This document shows positions 51,350-64,000 of a stretch of DNA of 64,000 bases, in pieces. This DNA is from Haplodiscus bocki (lineage: Eukaryota), in the NCBI GenBank assembly GCA_965655095.1, contig OZ296648.1:152210001-152274000 (forward strand), read 5' to 3'. Every line of letters starts with the position of its first letter. Within the stretch, counting starts at the first letter, position 1. The position numbers were made by a program, and so were the translations under genes. The notes beneath the pieces are model-generated. The model was not told the origin of the DNA. It searched no databases and was given only the letters and a program-made list of their open reading frames with translations.

Positions 51350-53750
51350 TACATATCAAAAACAGACCGCTACAGGAAGACAATTTTCCTTTCGTTTAGA
51401 TGATACGAAGTTTCTGAAACTTTGCTAATTGCTCTTGTTCAGTGTAAACAATTCGAGAAAAGTTGCTTTTCGTGGTGGAACGGCTGGAAATTGGCTTGAG
51501 ATTATGCAAAACATTGATGAAAAGATCAGAGTCGATGATGTTGTGTTCACAAATTGTTAATGCAAATACGATTCCGATTATTTAAAGACAGGTAACTTAG
51601 AGTTCTAGATCACTGGCGGTAAAAACACGAGAATTGTATGAATTAATATCCAGTTTTCTTTTGTCTGTCATTTGGAGAAGGACACAGCCTAAACCAAGTA
51701 AAAAAATGATTTTACAGTGGTAAAGAACGAAAATTTTGTTTTAGGTAACGTCAGAAAAACATCTTTTGTAATAGATGTTTCATTTGCTGAAAAAGTTTTT
51801 CCAGATCTTTTCTCCGAAGAATGTCAACAAGTACTTGGACTAAATCATACAGAGGCTTCACAAAATATGAAGTTTTTCAATACATTCGGGGAAAACTTGT
51901 GTGAGCCCATGAACTTCATCAATTCGTTTTTCGTTGTTGAAGAAGGATTTTTCTGAATTGCAGCTATTTTGGGATGACCTGGTTTAAGGGTGTTGCAAAC
52001 AATTTCGTGACTGAGATATTTTACAACAAAAAACAAAAAGAAAGACTTTCGGGAAATAATTTCAGATTTGATTTCTCAGCGACATCATGGAAGTGATTGA
52101 TAAGTTGCAGCATATGTGGTTTGGAATTTGCTTGAATAAGACATCATCATCAAACCCAGCGCGAACATTTGTTGGATCAGATCTTTCACCAGAGTAAACA
52201 TTTGTTGTTTGAAATAGACTAAGACAAATTTAAGGTCCTAAATTCTCTAATGAAAGCAAAAAGTCTATCTCCAGATGAAAATCCAGTACGTTTACGAGTT
52301 TCATCAACCAATGTAACATAAACAATTGCATACATAAGATCCATTGCACATATGTAATTTTTATTTGCCTCGGAAGCTGTGTTGCTGGAAGTTGCAGTGG
52401 CTAAGATTGCGGTGGTTGATCGTTGTTTGAGTTGAGATGTCAGGCATCCAACACAGTTTTAAAAGAACCATTCGTTTTCAGATAATTCAAGGGAATTCTT
52501 GAAAGTACTCTCAAAAATTGGTTTTTCACGAGGCGTTCAGCCAATTTGTTTTATTAACTTATATGCAGACCATTCAATAAACATTCAGTTTTCCTTTATA
52601 TTGAATGAGAAGTTAGGTAAGTCTTAGTGTTTGCAGTTTAGTATCAAATTTCATTTTAATCCGAAAAGGAATCGAATTTTCTCTGCCATTATCACGGTGT
52701 GTTGCATAACTTTTCAATTTCAACAAGACTTTTTCAGAGTTGAATTTCTTCAGGCTTATGAGGATTAGAGTTTCTAAAAAGAAACTTCTTCAGAAGTTGT
52801 TAAAGTAGTTTGCAGCATGGTAAAGGTGGATGTAGTCGTGGAGCTAATTTCTGAGACAGTTTTACATTTTAAACAGTATTGTTAATCATAGGATCTTGAA
52901 AAAGATCATTCTGATCCACTCCCAAAAAAATATTTGTTTGTTGCATATCTTGGTAAGGAACATTGATGACTTGAGTTGTCTCAAGATGGTAGGTAAGATT
53001 TATTGAGTGCATCAATGTTTTTAAATCAATAGGTCGATAATGAGGTGGTTTCTCAGTACAAATGTGAATTTGAAATTACCCTGTTATTCCAGTTGGAAAT
53101 GTAGCAATGTGCGTAGTAATTTTTTTAAATAGTACGGACCAGGAATCTTCAGAGTTTTTCGGCACTAACTCTTTAAAGGAAAAGTATTGTTTCAGTTTTA
53201 ACAAAAAAGTGTTTGAAGTATTTCAGCGAAAAAAGATTCATTCTGTTCTGTTTTTAGCAGGAAGGTTTTTGTATTTTTGATAGGAATATGTAGATCTGGT
53301 ACCTTTTTGGATTTACTTTAAAATGGTTCGTTTGAATTAACTTGTGAATTAGAGGAAAAAAAAGAAATATTCTTTCCAATCAACGTGGTAAAAGAAGAAA
53401 GTGTGGTTTGATCCTTGAAAGAGTGTTCAAAATTCAAGGTAAAATTTCGAAGGTTTTTTTCATGAACTTCTTTTAAAGAGTGGTGTTCAGGGAACAATAT
53501 ATTTAATATCAACTACACCGAATGGAATCAAGAAATTTCTTGATTTTGTATCTATTGATGAGGATCAAGTTACAGAATTATAATGTTTCAATGGAGCTTC
53601 AGAAAAATTTGCAATAGTCAGTGTTTTTGATGTGTCATGTTGGTCATGCCCAAATTGAAAATTTAAGTCATCATCATATAGTTTGGTATATTAAGTACAG
53701 AATTATATGTACCGCTAACCAATAGACAAACGATTTCCAGTCTTGAAAAT
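51350..53750 (-). pseudogene. Gypsy pol: protease, spacer, RT, RNase H (decayed)
   Basis: Motifs as above; KYLSHEI..KIAAIQK..TTKNELMKFMGS in ORF 51845-52036. Confidence 0.9.
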
Positions 53751-56024
53751 ATAATTGAATCAGTTTCGCTTTGAGAACGAATACACAGATTAAGAAACCA
53801 ACTTGTTGGACTTACAGTGTTTGTAGTTTCAGTGGTAAACGTAATGATTTCGAATCCATCTTTCTATTCTGAAGTCTTTTGAGTTTAGTAACCATGATTT
53901 TGAGAGGAGTTTGCTTGTAAGTTTTTAACAAATCTTCCAGATGCAGACGCAGATCTTGAACGTGGTCCCAATGGAGGTCAATTTGAAGATTTATTTTTCT
54001 GTAGTACTGTAATACTGCTAGAAATTGATCCAGAAAAAGACCCATAACGAGTGTTTTTCAAAAAAGACAAATCTAGAGTTTCTTCGTTATCTATAAATGT
54101 CAGTGTATCTTGAGCGTAATGGAGCTGGATTTGAACTGATATCTCTCTCACAATGAGGATATCGAAAACGAAATATTTCACCCGGATCACGATAAATGGA
54201 AGCTGACCTGAAAGGAGACGATCGATAGGAAAAATATTGATTGCTTGAAAATAGGCTTTTAATTGAATCTATTTTACGTAACACTTACGGTTCACGAAAA
54301 CGCTGCAATGAAAGAAATCCATCTTCTCCATATCGATCCCCTCGTTTGAGGTCAACCTCAGTTCTTCGTGATTTGATTGAATATTTTCGTTTTCGATATG
54401 CTTATCGTAATAGAAAGTTCGGTTAAAGCGGAACTCCATAACGCTCATGATACAATGAATTTTTTAGACAACGGAAAAGCTCTAGATTTTCCTTTTTTTC
54501 GTGTTTCAGGAAAAATTGTTATTGATCTTTTGTGTAGATCTAACTCTAACAAAAGACATTGTTTCAGAACAGACAACTCTTTTGATTGTGACCTCCATCG
54601 AGACCATGTACATGATCTGCGTCTGCATTTAGAAGATATGTTAACAACACAACCAAAAACTTATCAAAATTATGATCATTACACTGAATAATTTTCAAAG
54701 TCGAAGGATAGATTTGAAGTCATTATGTAAATCACTGCAATCACAAAAACTGTAACTCCTAGAAGTTGTGTTGATAATATGTGTTTTTATTCTCAAAACG
54801 AAACTGATTCAAATATATTTTGAAAACTGGAAACCACTTTTCTATTGGATAGCGATGCATATAAATCGGTACTTAATATACCCAACTATGTGATGATGAC
54901 TCAAACGTTCAATGTAATCTTGATCAACATGGTATATCAAAAACACTGACTATTGCAAATTATTCTGAAGTTCCATTGAAACAATATAATTCAGTAACTT
55001 GTTTCTCATCAATGGATACAAAAGCAAGATATTCCATGATTCCATTCGTTGTAGTTGATATTAAATTTTTTGTTCTCTGAACACCTTTTTTGGAAAAAGA
55101 AATCATGAAATTAACCTTCAAGATTTTACTATGAATTTGAATGAATCTTCAAGGATTAACCCACAAGAGCTTCTTCTACGACGTTCTTTGGAAGGTGTTT
55201 TTTTCGTGTAATTCCCAAATTCTTTCAAAAGAGCCGAATTTTTGTGAACCCATCATTTAACAGCCTTTACATTTTCCTCTGGAGATACACAAACTTTACT
55301 GCTGAAAAGAATTAATCACTATCCGCTGGAAAACATCAAACAAATTTTTTGTTCAAGGTGAAACGATCTTTTTCCTTGATGGGACTGTTATCGAAAATTC
55401 TGAAGGTTCATTTTCAGTTTTTACAAAACTTTTACTACGCACATTGCTACATTTCCAACTGCATTAACAGCTTATACAGAAATTCCTACTACTACTGTGA
55501 AACCACCTACTTATCGAAATATTGTTTTAAATACACTGATGCATTCAGTAGTTCATACCTACCATCTTGATGTAACTGAACTCCTTAATGTTCATTACCA
55601 ATTTAGGAAACAAATCTATAGTTCTTTAGAAGTGAATCATATAGATTTTTTCAAAGGTCTTTTGATTAACAATACTGTTTGAACTATAAAATGTACAGCC
55701 CTCTCAAAACTTAGGTCGTCAAGTTTTTCCACCTTTACCATGCTGCATGAAAAGTTTACAGTTTCTGAAGAAATTTCTTTTTCAATACTCTGATCCTAAT
55801 GAATCTGAAGAAATTCAACTCTGAAAATTTCGTGTTGACATTAAAAACGGTTTTGCTACACTTCGTAATGATGAGGGTAAACTTCTACTCCATTTCGGAT
55901 TAGACTGAAACTTCATGCTAAACTGCAAACACAAAACCCCACCAGAGTTCGTCAACATTATAGGGAAAAATTGAATGATTTATTGGATGACCGGCAAAAA
56001 AAGTGAAGAAGAAAAAAATGCCTC

Positions 56025-58535
56025 AACGCCTCGTGAAAAACCAATTTTTGAGAATACTTTCAAGAATTCCCTTGAATTATCTGAAAACGAATGGTTCTTT
56101 TAAAACTGTGTTGGATGCCTGACACCTCAACTCAAACAACGATCAACCATCGCAATCTTAGCGACTGCAACTTCCAGCAACACAGCTTCCGAGGCAAATA
56201 AAAATTACATATGTGCAATGGATCTTATGTATGCAATTGTTTATGTTACATTGGTTGATGAAACTCGTAAACATACTGGATTTTCATCTGGAGATAGACT
56301 TTTTGCTTTCATTAGAGAATTTTAGGACCTTAAATTTGTCTTAGTCTCTTTCAAACAACAAATGTTTACTCTGGTGAAAGATCTGATCCCACAAATGTTC
56401 GCGCTGGGTTTGATGATGATGTCTTATTCAAGCAAATTCCAAACCACATATGCTGCAACATGCAACTTATCAATCACTTCCATGATGTCGCTGAGAAATT
56501 CAATCTGAAACTAACTCCCGAAAAGTCTTTCTTTATGTTTTTCGCTGTAAAATATGTCAGTCACGAAATTGTTTGCAACACCCTTGAACCAGGTCATCCC
56601 AAAATAGCTGCAATTCAGAAAAATCCTCCTTCAACAACGAAAAACGAATTGATGAAGTTCATGGGCTCACACAAGTTTTCTCCGAATGTATTGAAAAACT
56701 TCATATTTTGTGAAGCCTCTGTATGATTTACTCCAAGTACTTGTTGACATTCTTCGGAGAAAAAAACTGGAAAAACTTTTTCAGCAAATGAAACATCTAT
56801 TACAAAAGATGTTTTTCTGACGGTACCTAAAACAAAATTTTCGTTTTTTAACACTGTAAATTCTTTCATTTACTTGGTTTAGGCTGTGTCCTTCTCCAAA
56901 TGAAAGACAAAAGAAAACTGGATATTAATTCATACAATTCTCGTGTTTTTACCGCCAGTGATCTAGAACTCTAAGTTACTTGTCTTTAAATAATCGGAAT
57001 CGTATTTGCATTAACAATTTGTGAACACAACATCACTGACTCTGATCACTTCATCAATGTTTTGAATGATCACAAGCCATTTTCCAGCCGTTCCACCAAG
57101 AAAAGCAACCTTTCTCGAATTGTTTATACCGAACAAGAGCAATTAGCATAGTTTCAGAAACCTCGTATCATCTAACCGAAAGCAAAAAAGTCTTTCTGTA
57201 GCGGTTTGTAGTTGATATGTAAACCGGTTCTTTTACTCAAACTGAATTCTAACTGAATCAATTAAAACACAAAGAAATACCTCTGCAATTTAGTTTTGCA
57301 ACACTGACTCATGTTAATCAAACTAAACATGTACTATTTTTAGTGAGACATGAAACTGTATTTCCTCCACAAGAAAACCGTTGTCACCAAACTTTAGCCG
57401 ATTTCTGAATTCATCAATTCTCCATTCGTATCATTTTTAAAGGAAAAAAAATCATAACTAAACCACTGGATTCTTTTTCATTCGAAGCTGTGAAACCATT
57501 CTTAAATCAATATAAAAAACTTTCAGGAAAAACACGAAAACATTATTACAACAATCTGCAGTTTCAATTATTACCAATAATATTGATTATGATGACACAT
57601 TAAGTTAATTTGAAAATGAAATATACAAGTCTGTAAATTCAAATGATGATGATCATCATCCTTATAGAATAAAATCCGATTCTGATACTTCATATCCTGA
57701 GTCAAGATTGTTAAAATTTCAATCCTTCAGTAGGTTTCTTGTATTATTTCACCTTTCTGACACTGGTACGGTTTATGCCTCTCCTACATCATACACAGAC
57801 AAATCAAAATCTTCTCTGCATTTCAACCAATCACAACACTCCAATAGAAAAACTGGAACCAAATGTGATTCACCACTACTACCGGGAAAAAAGTCGTCTT
57901 TTTCTTCCATTACCTTCTACTCCAGATAAATATTCATTTTAGTGCCTCCCGAATTGAATAAACTTGTTCATCGAAAAGTCTCAAAAGTCTCTGGAATCAT
58001 CCACAAGAGTAGATTCCTTGTTATTTTCAGATTGTATCTCTTGTGTTTTGACTTTGAATCTCTGCTATTTGATCCGGACAGGAGTCCAACATACCGAGAA
58101 AAATTTTTTTTCCCGAAACTCATTTTGAGAAATTTGCAACCACTGTGGTTTATAAAAGTCGAAATTGTTTTGAAGTTTTTTAAAGATGTTAACTTCGATT
58201 CAAAAACTGCTGATGAAACTGAAAATAATTTAGAATGCATAAACACTGTAACTAATATTTTTTTTCTGATACTGACGTAATCCTGGAGTTATCTTCGGAA
58301 TCAACTGAAAATAAGAATTTAACCATTGCTCCCCCATTTTCTGAAAAAAAAATCAAAGTTTATATAAAATGTCTCCACTGTACAAACGTCAACTAGTTCT
58401 GAAAAACCAATTTCTTCCACTGAGAATTCAGTGAAAACTTGTGTAATTGTTGAAAGGCCTCCCTAATCACCGACACCGGTAGCTCCAGCTTTCAGTCAGG
58501 TTACCAACCTTAAACCCATTCATAACCCGGATCCA
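56025..58535 (+). repeat. Inverted near-identical copy of 50035-52537 embedded in the right Gypsy arm
   Basis: aacgcctcgtgaaaaaccaatttttgag.. at 56025 is the reverse complement of ~52537. The tract ends at cataacccggatcc (~58533), matching ~50035. ORFs 56615-56869 vs 51717-51956 and 57739-57942 vs 50626-50829 are almost identical. Confidence 0.95.
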
Positions 58536-60249
58536 ACTGAACAATTTTGGGGCTGTAACTGTATCTTATTCTCTTTCAAACAACAAATGTGTACTCTGGT
58601 GAAAGATCTGGTCCAACAAGATTTTGCGCTGGTTTTGATGAAGATGTCTTACTGAAGCAAATTCCAAACAACTTATGCTGCAACTTATCAAACACTTTCA
58701 TGTTGTCGCTGCGAAAATGAATCTGATTTTAGCTGCTCAAAAGTCTTTTTTTATGTTTTCCGCTGTAAAATATCTCGGTCACGAAATTGTTTGCAACACC
58801 ATTAAATCAAGTCATCCCAAAATATCTGCAATTCAAAGAATTCCTCTCTGAACAACGAAAAACGAATTGATGAAGTTCATGGGCTCATCGAACGTTTTTC
58901 CAAACGTTTTGAAAAACTGCATGTTTTATGAAGCTTCTGTATGATCTACTCCAAGTTCTTGTCAAAGTTCTCGCCGGCGAAAAGAACTGAAAAACTGTTC
59001 AAGGAAAAAAAACCTCTGCTACAAAAGATGTTTTTCTGACGTTACCTAAAACAAAACATTCAATCTTTAACACTGTAAATCTTCTTTTACTTGGTTTAGG
59101 TTGTGTCCTGTTCCAAATGAAAAACGAAATGAAATTAGAAATTTTTTCGTACAATTTTCGAATTTTTACCACCAATGATCAAAAACTCAATCTATCAGAA
59201 ACTCTATCAGAAACCCTACCAACTATTTTGAAATAGTCGGAATTGTAGTTTCAATAACATTATACGACTATATCATTATTGGCTCTGATCACTTTATCAA
59301 TGTTCTGACTGATCACAAACAATTTTGTAGCCGTTTTACCAAGAAAAGACAGCTCTTTCCAATAGTTTTTACTGCAAAAAACCAATTAGCATTTTTTCAA
59401 AGACTTCGGATTACTTATACGAAAGAAAAAGATCTGTCTATAGCTGATATGTTCAACCGTTCTAAGACTCAAAAACAACTGGAGCTGAATCAATTAAAAC
59501 ACACAAAAAGTCACTTCAGGAAATTCGATTTGCAACACTGATTCTTGATAATCAAATCAAACATGTGCAAAATTTGTTGAAAAATGAAATTGTATTTCCT
59601 TCACGGAAAGACGGTTGTCATCCAATTTTAGCTGCTATCCGAAATGATCAATTCTTCATTCGTATCAAGAATAAAGGAAAAAAGTCATACCTGAACCTCT
59701 GGATTTTTTTTTTCAATTGAAGCTGTGAAACCAATCCTAAATCAATATAAAAAAGCCTGTTAGGAATAATACCAAAACAGTATTACAACAATTTGCCTTT
59801 CTAATTGATAACAATTTTACTGATAAAGATGATCCAACTGAGAAAAAGATACCACAAGATGATGATTCTTTTTGCGGTATTTTATCACTGATTACGAATC
59901 CATCTACGTCTGGAAAAAAAATGATTCTGAAGGTGACAATCTGCAACTGCAAACTCTTCATGAAACATTCTCGTCTGTAATAAAACAATCATTGAACATA
60001 TCGTTCTTTGATCCATCATTTTTCAATCACACGTTAGAATTCAAAGATTTTTTATCTCCTGGTACTGCATTGAAGTTTGAAACAACTCTGAAATATCAAA
60101 AAGGAGGTCCTTTTCTGAAAAGTGTACACAAATGGATGACTGATAAATCAAGTCTTGTCACAAAACCACCAAATATCTCTGCTTGTCCATTCTTACTGGA
60201 ACATTAGCGATTAGTTTCCACTCTGTATATTGATGAACATACCGGAGTG

Positions 60250-61620
60250 ATGACTTTCGAAAACCAGCTTCCGGAAAATAATGACAAACTTCCACAGTAT
60301 GCTGATGACAAAATTTCCTCTTTATGTTCTCCACGGACTCTGTTTCAACGTGCTTTTAAAAAAGTTCATGTTTTTTTCCTATTGCCTAAAAGAACTTTAA
60401 CCAAAATTATCATAATACCTTTTCGCAAAAAGTGGCTATCGGTTTCGGGTCATGACTGTACTGATTGCCAAATTTATGAAAGCAACAGTATGAAACATGA
60501 AACAAAACAAAACTGCACTCTTACCATTTTCGAGTTTATCAATTTTTTTTGAACCATAGTCTTTTTCTGGAAAATAAATGTCCAATGCACCCCGCTTCTG
60601 ATGAAAATCTCTGAATTCATGTAACTGTGAATCGTTTCAGAAATTATAAAATAAAGGTACCATTTTCAAAAAATAACACATACCACGCTGTAATTTCATT
60701 ACATCACCACTGGATATCAAAGATTGGTCCGCTTCAATGCCAGATTACAGATAGATGAACGGAATAAATCAAATCTGAAACGACAAATTGCTGTTTTATG
60801 TTTAATACTCGACACTCTTCGAGAACTTCACATGCTCCTGGGACAAATGGAGTTGCTGAATTACAAATCAAAAACCGTGGAACTTCTTTATGAATGTTTT
60901 CACATGATAGTCCTGAAAACTGGTCTTTTTAAGGAAATTTCTTTGATGATGCTCACAAAACTCAACCAAAATTACATCTGCATACTTCACCGTATGAAAT
61001 AGTTTTCATTTGCAACTGCGTATCCCACTGAATTTTCATTTGAATCTTTCTCGGAATAAGTGTCGTGAATCTACTGCACAACACTGCTCTGACTTACAAC
61101 CTCTTTCTCATTACCATTTCACTGATATGAATCCGTTGTTTCAAAGCATTTTGTTGAAGCCAGTTTCCAATTGGTTTTTTGCTATTGTAAAATCGATGCT
61201 GCAAGTTGTTAATAAGTATATCAAGGCGAACTGAAAAAAATAAATTCTTTTGCCTAAACAATAGAAGACACACCTAGTCTTGATAAACCATTACCAATGA
61301 TTTCATTTTTTATATCGAATTTTTAATGCTGTTAAATTTTCTGACAAACTGAAGTTAAAATCTCAAATAAAATCTGATTCCCAACTTTTTTCTCTTAAAC
61401 CAAGATCTTCAACATTTCAATCCTTCAATAAATTCTCTGAAATATTTGACTTTTTTGACACTGGTATTGTTTGACTCTCCTACGTCATTCGATGACAAAT
61501 CAAATTTTTTTCCGCATTTCAACCAATCACAAGCCTCCAAAAGAAATACTGGAACCAACTATGGTTCACGACTACTATCGAGCAAAAATGTCATCTTCTT
61601 CGTCCAATACCCTCTACTCC
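60250..61620 (+). pseudogene. Gypsy integrase (zinc finger, DDE core, C-terminal domain), decayed
   Basis: HDCTDCQ (ORF 60247-60552), D.FS-like (~60630), GP...TDR, HAPGTNG.AE..IK and C-terminal domain at ~61350-61600. Confidence 0.8.
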
Positions 61621-63329
61621 AGATAAATAATCATTTCAACGCATTCGAATTGAAAAGTTGCTTATCGAAAAATCTTGAAAGTCCCCGGAAACATCACAAT
61701 ATTAGTTTTTTTGTTCTTTTCAGATTGTATCTCTTCTTTTTTGACTTTGAGATTCTGCTTTTTAATCTGGACAGAAGTCCAACATACTGACAAAAAGAGG
61801 TTTTTAATAAAAAATAAATAGAGAATTTTACAACAACTATAGTTCAATAGAAGTTGAATCATTTCGAAATTTTACAAAATTGATAGCGTTCATTCAAATA
61901 CTTCTGATGAAACTGGTCATGTCTTGAACCTATAAACACTAAAAGGAAAAATTTTTCGCCTGTTACTGGCGTAAAGCTGGATTCGTTTCCGGAATCAACT
62001 GAAAAACTTAATATACCTTCTACTCCGCCAGTCTTTGAATTAAATTGAAAAATTAGATATACTGGATCCACTGTACAAACATCAACTGTTATTGCAAAAA
62101 TCTATTTCTTCTTCTGAGAATTCAATAAAAAATTGTGTAACTGTTCATAGACCTCCTTTGTCACCAAAACCGGTAGATCCGGCTATCTGTTTTCTAACAA
62201 CCCCTAGACCTATTCCTATCCCGGATCCATCTTACATAGATCCTTCTCCATTTACATTACCGCCCTCACGTCTTACTAAACCTGTCGCTAGAAATTCAAA
62301 ATCTTTCAAACACAGAAAGTGATTCGACTCTAAACTCTGTGACAAATCTTCTACCACTTCCCTGCAAAATAAATTTGATGGAACACGTACTTCTGAAAAT
62401 ACACGTAACCTGAAAAAACTCCTCTGCTCTTAGCTCTGAAACTTGTTCTCTGTTATATCCAAAACTATCTTCAAGTTTGTTGTGCACATTTTTTGATAAT
62501 TTTTTGAAATGTGCAGCTGAAGTTTCATCAAATGAAATGGTATTTTAGCAACTTCTTCTCAAAAAGTAACTCATTTTTATGATTTGATATCAAGACCAAT
62601 TGAACGTCCTCTTCTTTTCGTACAAGATCAACAACCTCAATCTCTGCAATGCTGCTTCCACTTTCACAACTTCTTCCATCTACTTCTGAAAACCTTCCTC
62701 CTTCTCTTTCTGATACTCCACTTTCATAAAGGATTTCCTGTGGTAAAGAAACTTCTTTCAATGCTCGCTCTTTCCCAAGATCCACTGGTCTTATTGGTGA
62801 CCAAACATCAGTCTCTTCACTGAGTGCTGTTAGATTTGCTGAACTTGCATCTCATTCGCAAGCCGGAAGACTTAGACCTTCCTACAATTGACCCATATCT
62901 TTATCCGTAGAGACTTGGAAATCAAAACTTCAGACATCTCAGACAAAATCTGTGAAAACACATTTTTACTGTAAACAGAAAAAACGAAAGCCTGCAATAA
63001 TCTACAAAATCTGTTAATCGAGAACTGACTAGATTAACTCAAACTACTGCTGAGTTAAGGTTTGAAGTAACTGTCAAATTCAATTTATTGAAACCTCATC
63101 CATTTACGACTTCAACTCAAACTAAACACCGATCTCTCCCCAGTCCCTTTGTTGTGAATAGTTTACAATATGCTTGGCTGACGAACCTGAATTTGGTCAA
63201 CAGTGGGGAAGTTTAACTTTTTACAACCCCCTATTTCTGGTTTGAAATACATAACAACATCCTGAAAATTATGTTTTTATACTCTGTAAAGACTAAAAAT
63301 TTATTCTTGATTCACTGTAATAATTGTTT

Positions 63330-64000
63330 TTCCTCTGCTGCAAACTGTTAATACAATCGTTTGTGAAAAGTTAATTCAACTTAATGATTTTAGGAAAACT
63401 CAACTACTATCTACTCTTTATGATTGTTCGAAACAATACAATCTGAGAATTTTTCAGCTAATCTCGGGTGCAAACGCTAGTCAATCTCCCTCTGAAATCG
63501 GAAATACTTGAAAAATTGCTTCCCTGTATATTCGTGCGGAAGCAAAAACAATTAATGCTTTTTGTTGCTCTGCAACCATTCGAAAGACACGAGTGTTTTC
63601 TGCTCAAGGTGCACAGAACAAATACTGCAGATGTGATTGAATGGTTTGGCAATACTAATTCCATGCCACAACCTGAAGATTTAAATCCAAATGATTGCAA
63701 AAATTCTATCCGGAACCCGAATGGAACGGAGAGTGCTGAACAGAATCAATGTTCTTATATTGCCTCTATCACGTACGTTGATAGACTGAGTTTCTAAATT
63801 CAAATTAAAATGAAAGAAAAGCCATTCACTGTAACCAAATTGAACACCATAGATATTAAAATTTTCGCCTATCGACTGAATAATTATGGTTGTATTACTA
63901 GTACTGAAATTTCAAAGTCAAGATTCAAAGACGATCAAAGTTGTCTAATTGGTAAGGATTGATCATTAATTTTTGAAGAAACTTCTGTGGACTATGAAGA
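63330..64000 (+). pseudogene. env-like glycoprotein N-terminal part (right arm)
   Basis: LIQLNDFRKTQLLSTLYDCSKQYNLR and NTNSMPQPEDLNPNDCKNSIRNPNGT (ORF 63468-63797); paralog of 48300-48950. Confidence 0.75.

Larger units (their letters stand above)
41216..54270 (-). mobile_element. Large env-bearing Ty3/Gypsy element (left arm): gag tail, PR, RT, RH, integrase core deleted, env-like, accessory ORFs, putative 3' LTR
   Basis: PR LEIVCLLVSG..SVLN (~53690-53740); RT NP/LKLCWMP.HLN and FDDDVL (51900-52540); RH GLGCVL, YNSRVF (51500-51720); env-like 46450-48950. Array similarity stops at TGTTAAC (41216), a plausible LTR end (..CA on minus). Confidence 0.85.
54290..64000 (+). mobile_element. Second large Gypsy element (right arm), same family, retains integrase, runs off window in env
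   Basis: gag tail ORF 54377-54691 paralogous to 53812-54190. PR LETTFLLDSDA..SVLN (~54826). RT/RH resume at ~58540. Integrase CTDCQ (~60455), GPL...TDR and HAPGTNGVAE (~60725-60860). env YDCSKQYNLR at ~63420. Confidence 0.88.

Noticed and set aside
56025-58535. Pure assembly artefact (false inverted duplication)
   Set aside because: The copies differ by many substitutions and small indels, and the tract starts in homologous register. Still needs read-level confirmation.

Overview
AT-rich eukaryotic (probably marine invertebrate; inference) repeat-dense DNA with no recognisable intact host gene. From left to right: two CRE-clade (RLE) non-LTR retrotransposons tail-to-tail (1-2850); a Penelope-like RT relic; two CR1/L2-group LINEs tail-to-tail (3900-10062); a BEL/Pao pol fragment running into a 200-N gap; then a decayed tandem array of ~1.23-kb units, each carrying about three tRNA-Trp(CCA)-derived copies (12.8-15.9 kb and 30.2-41.2 kb). 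The array is interrupted by a MULE-like MITE, a ~13-kb degenerate Polinton/Maverick (pPolB, integrase, EndoVII-like HNH, capsids, ATPase, protease) and an internally deleted pogo transposon. The last 23 kb are two large env-bearing Gypsy elements joined head-to-head at homologous positions near 54280. The right arm contains a 2.5-kb tract copied from the left arm, including its integrase deletion. All protein calls come from motif recognition in frameshifted or stop-riddled sequence; boundaries are approximate unless TIR/TSD are cited.
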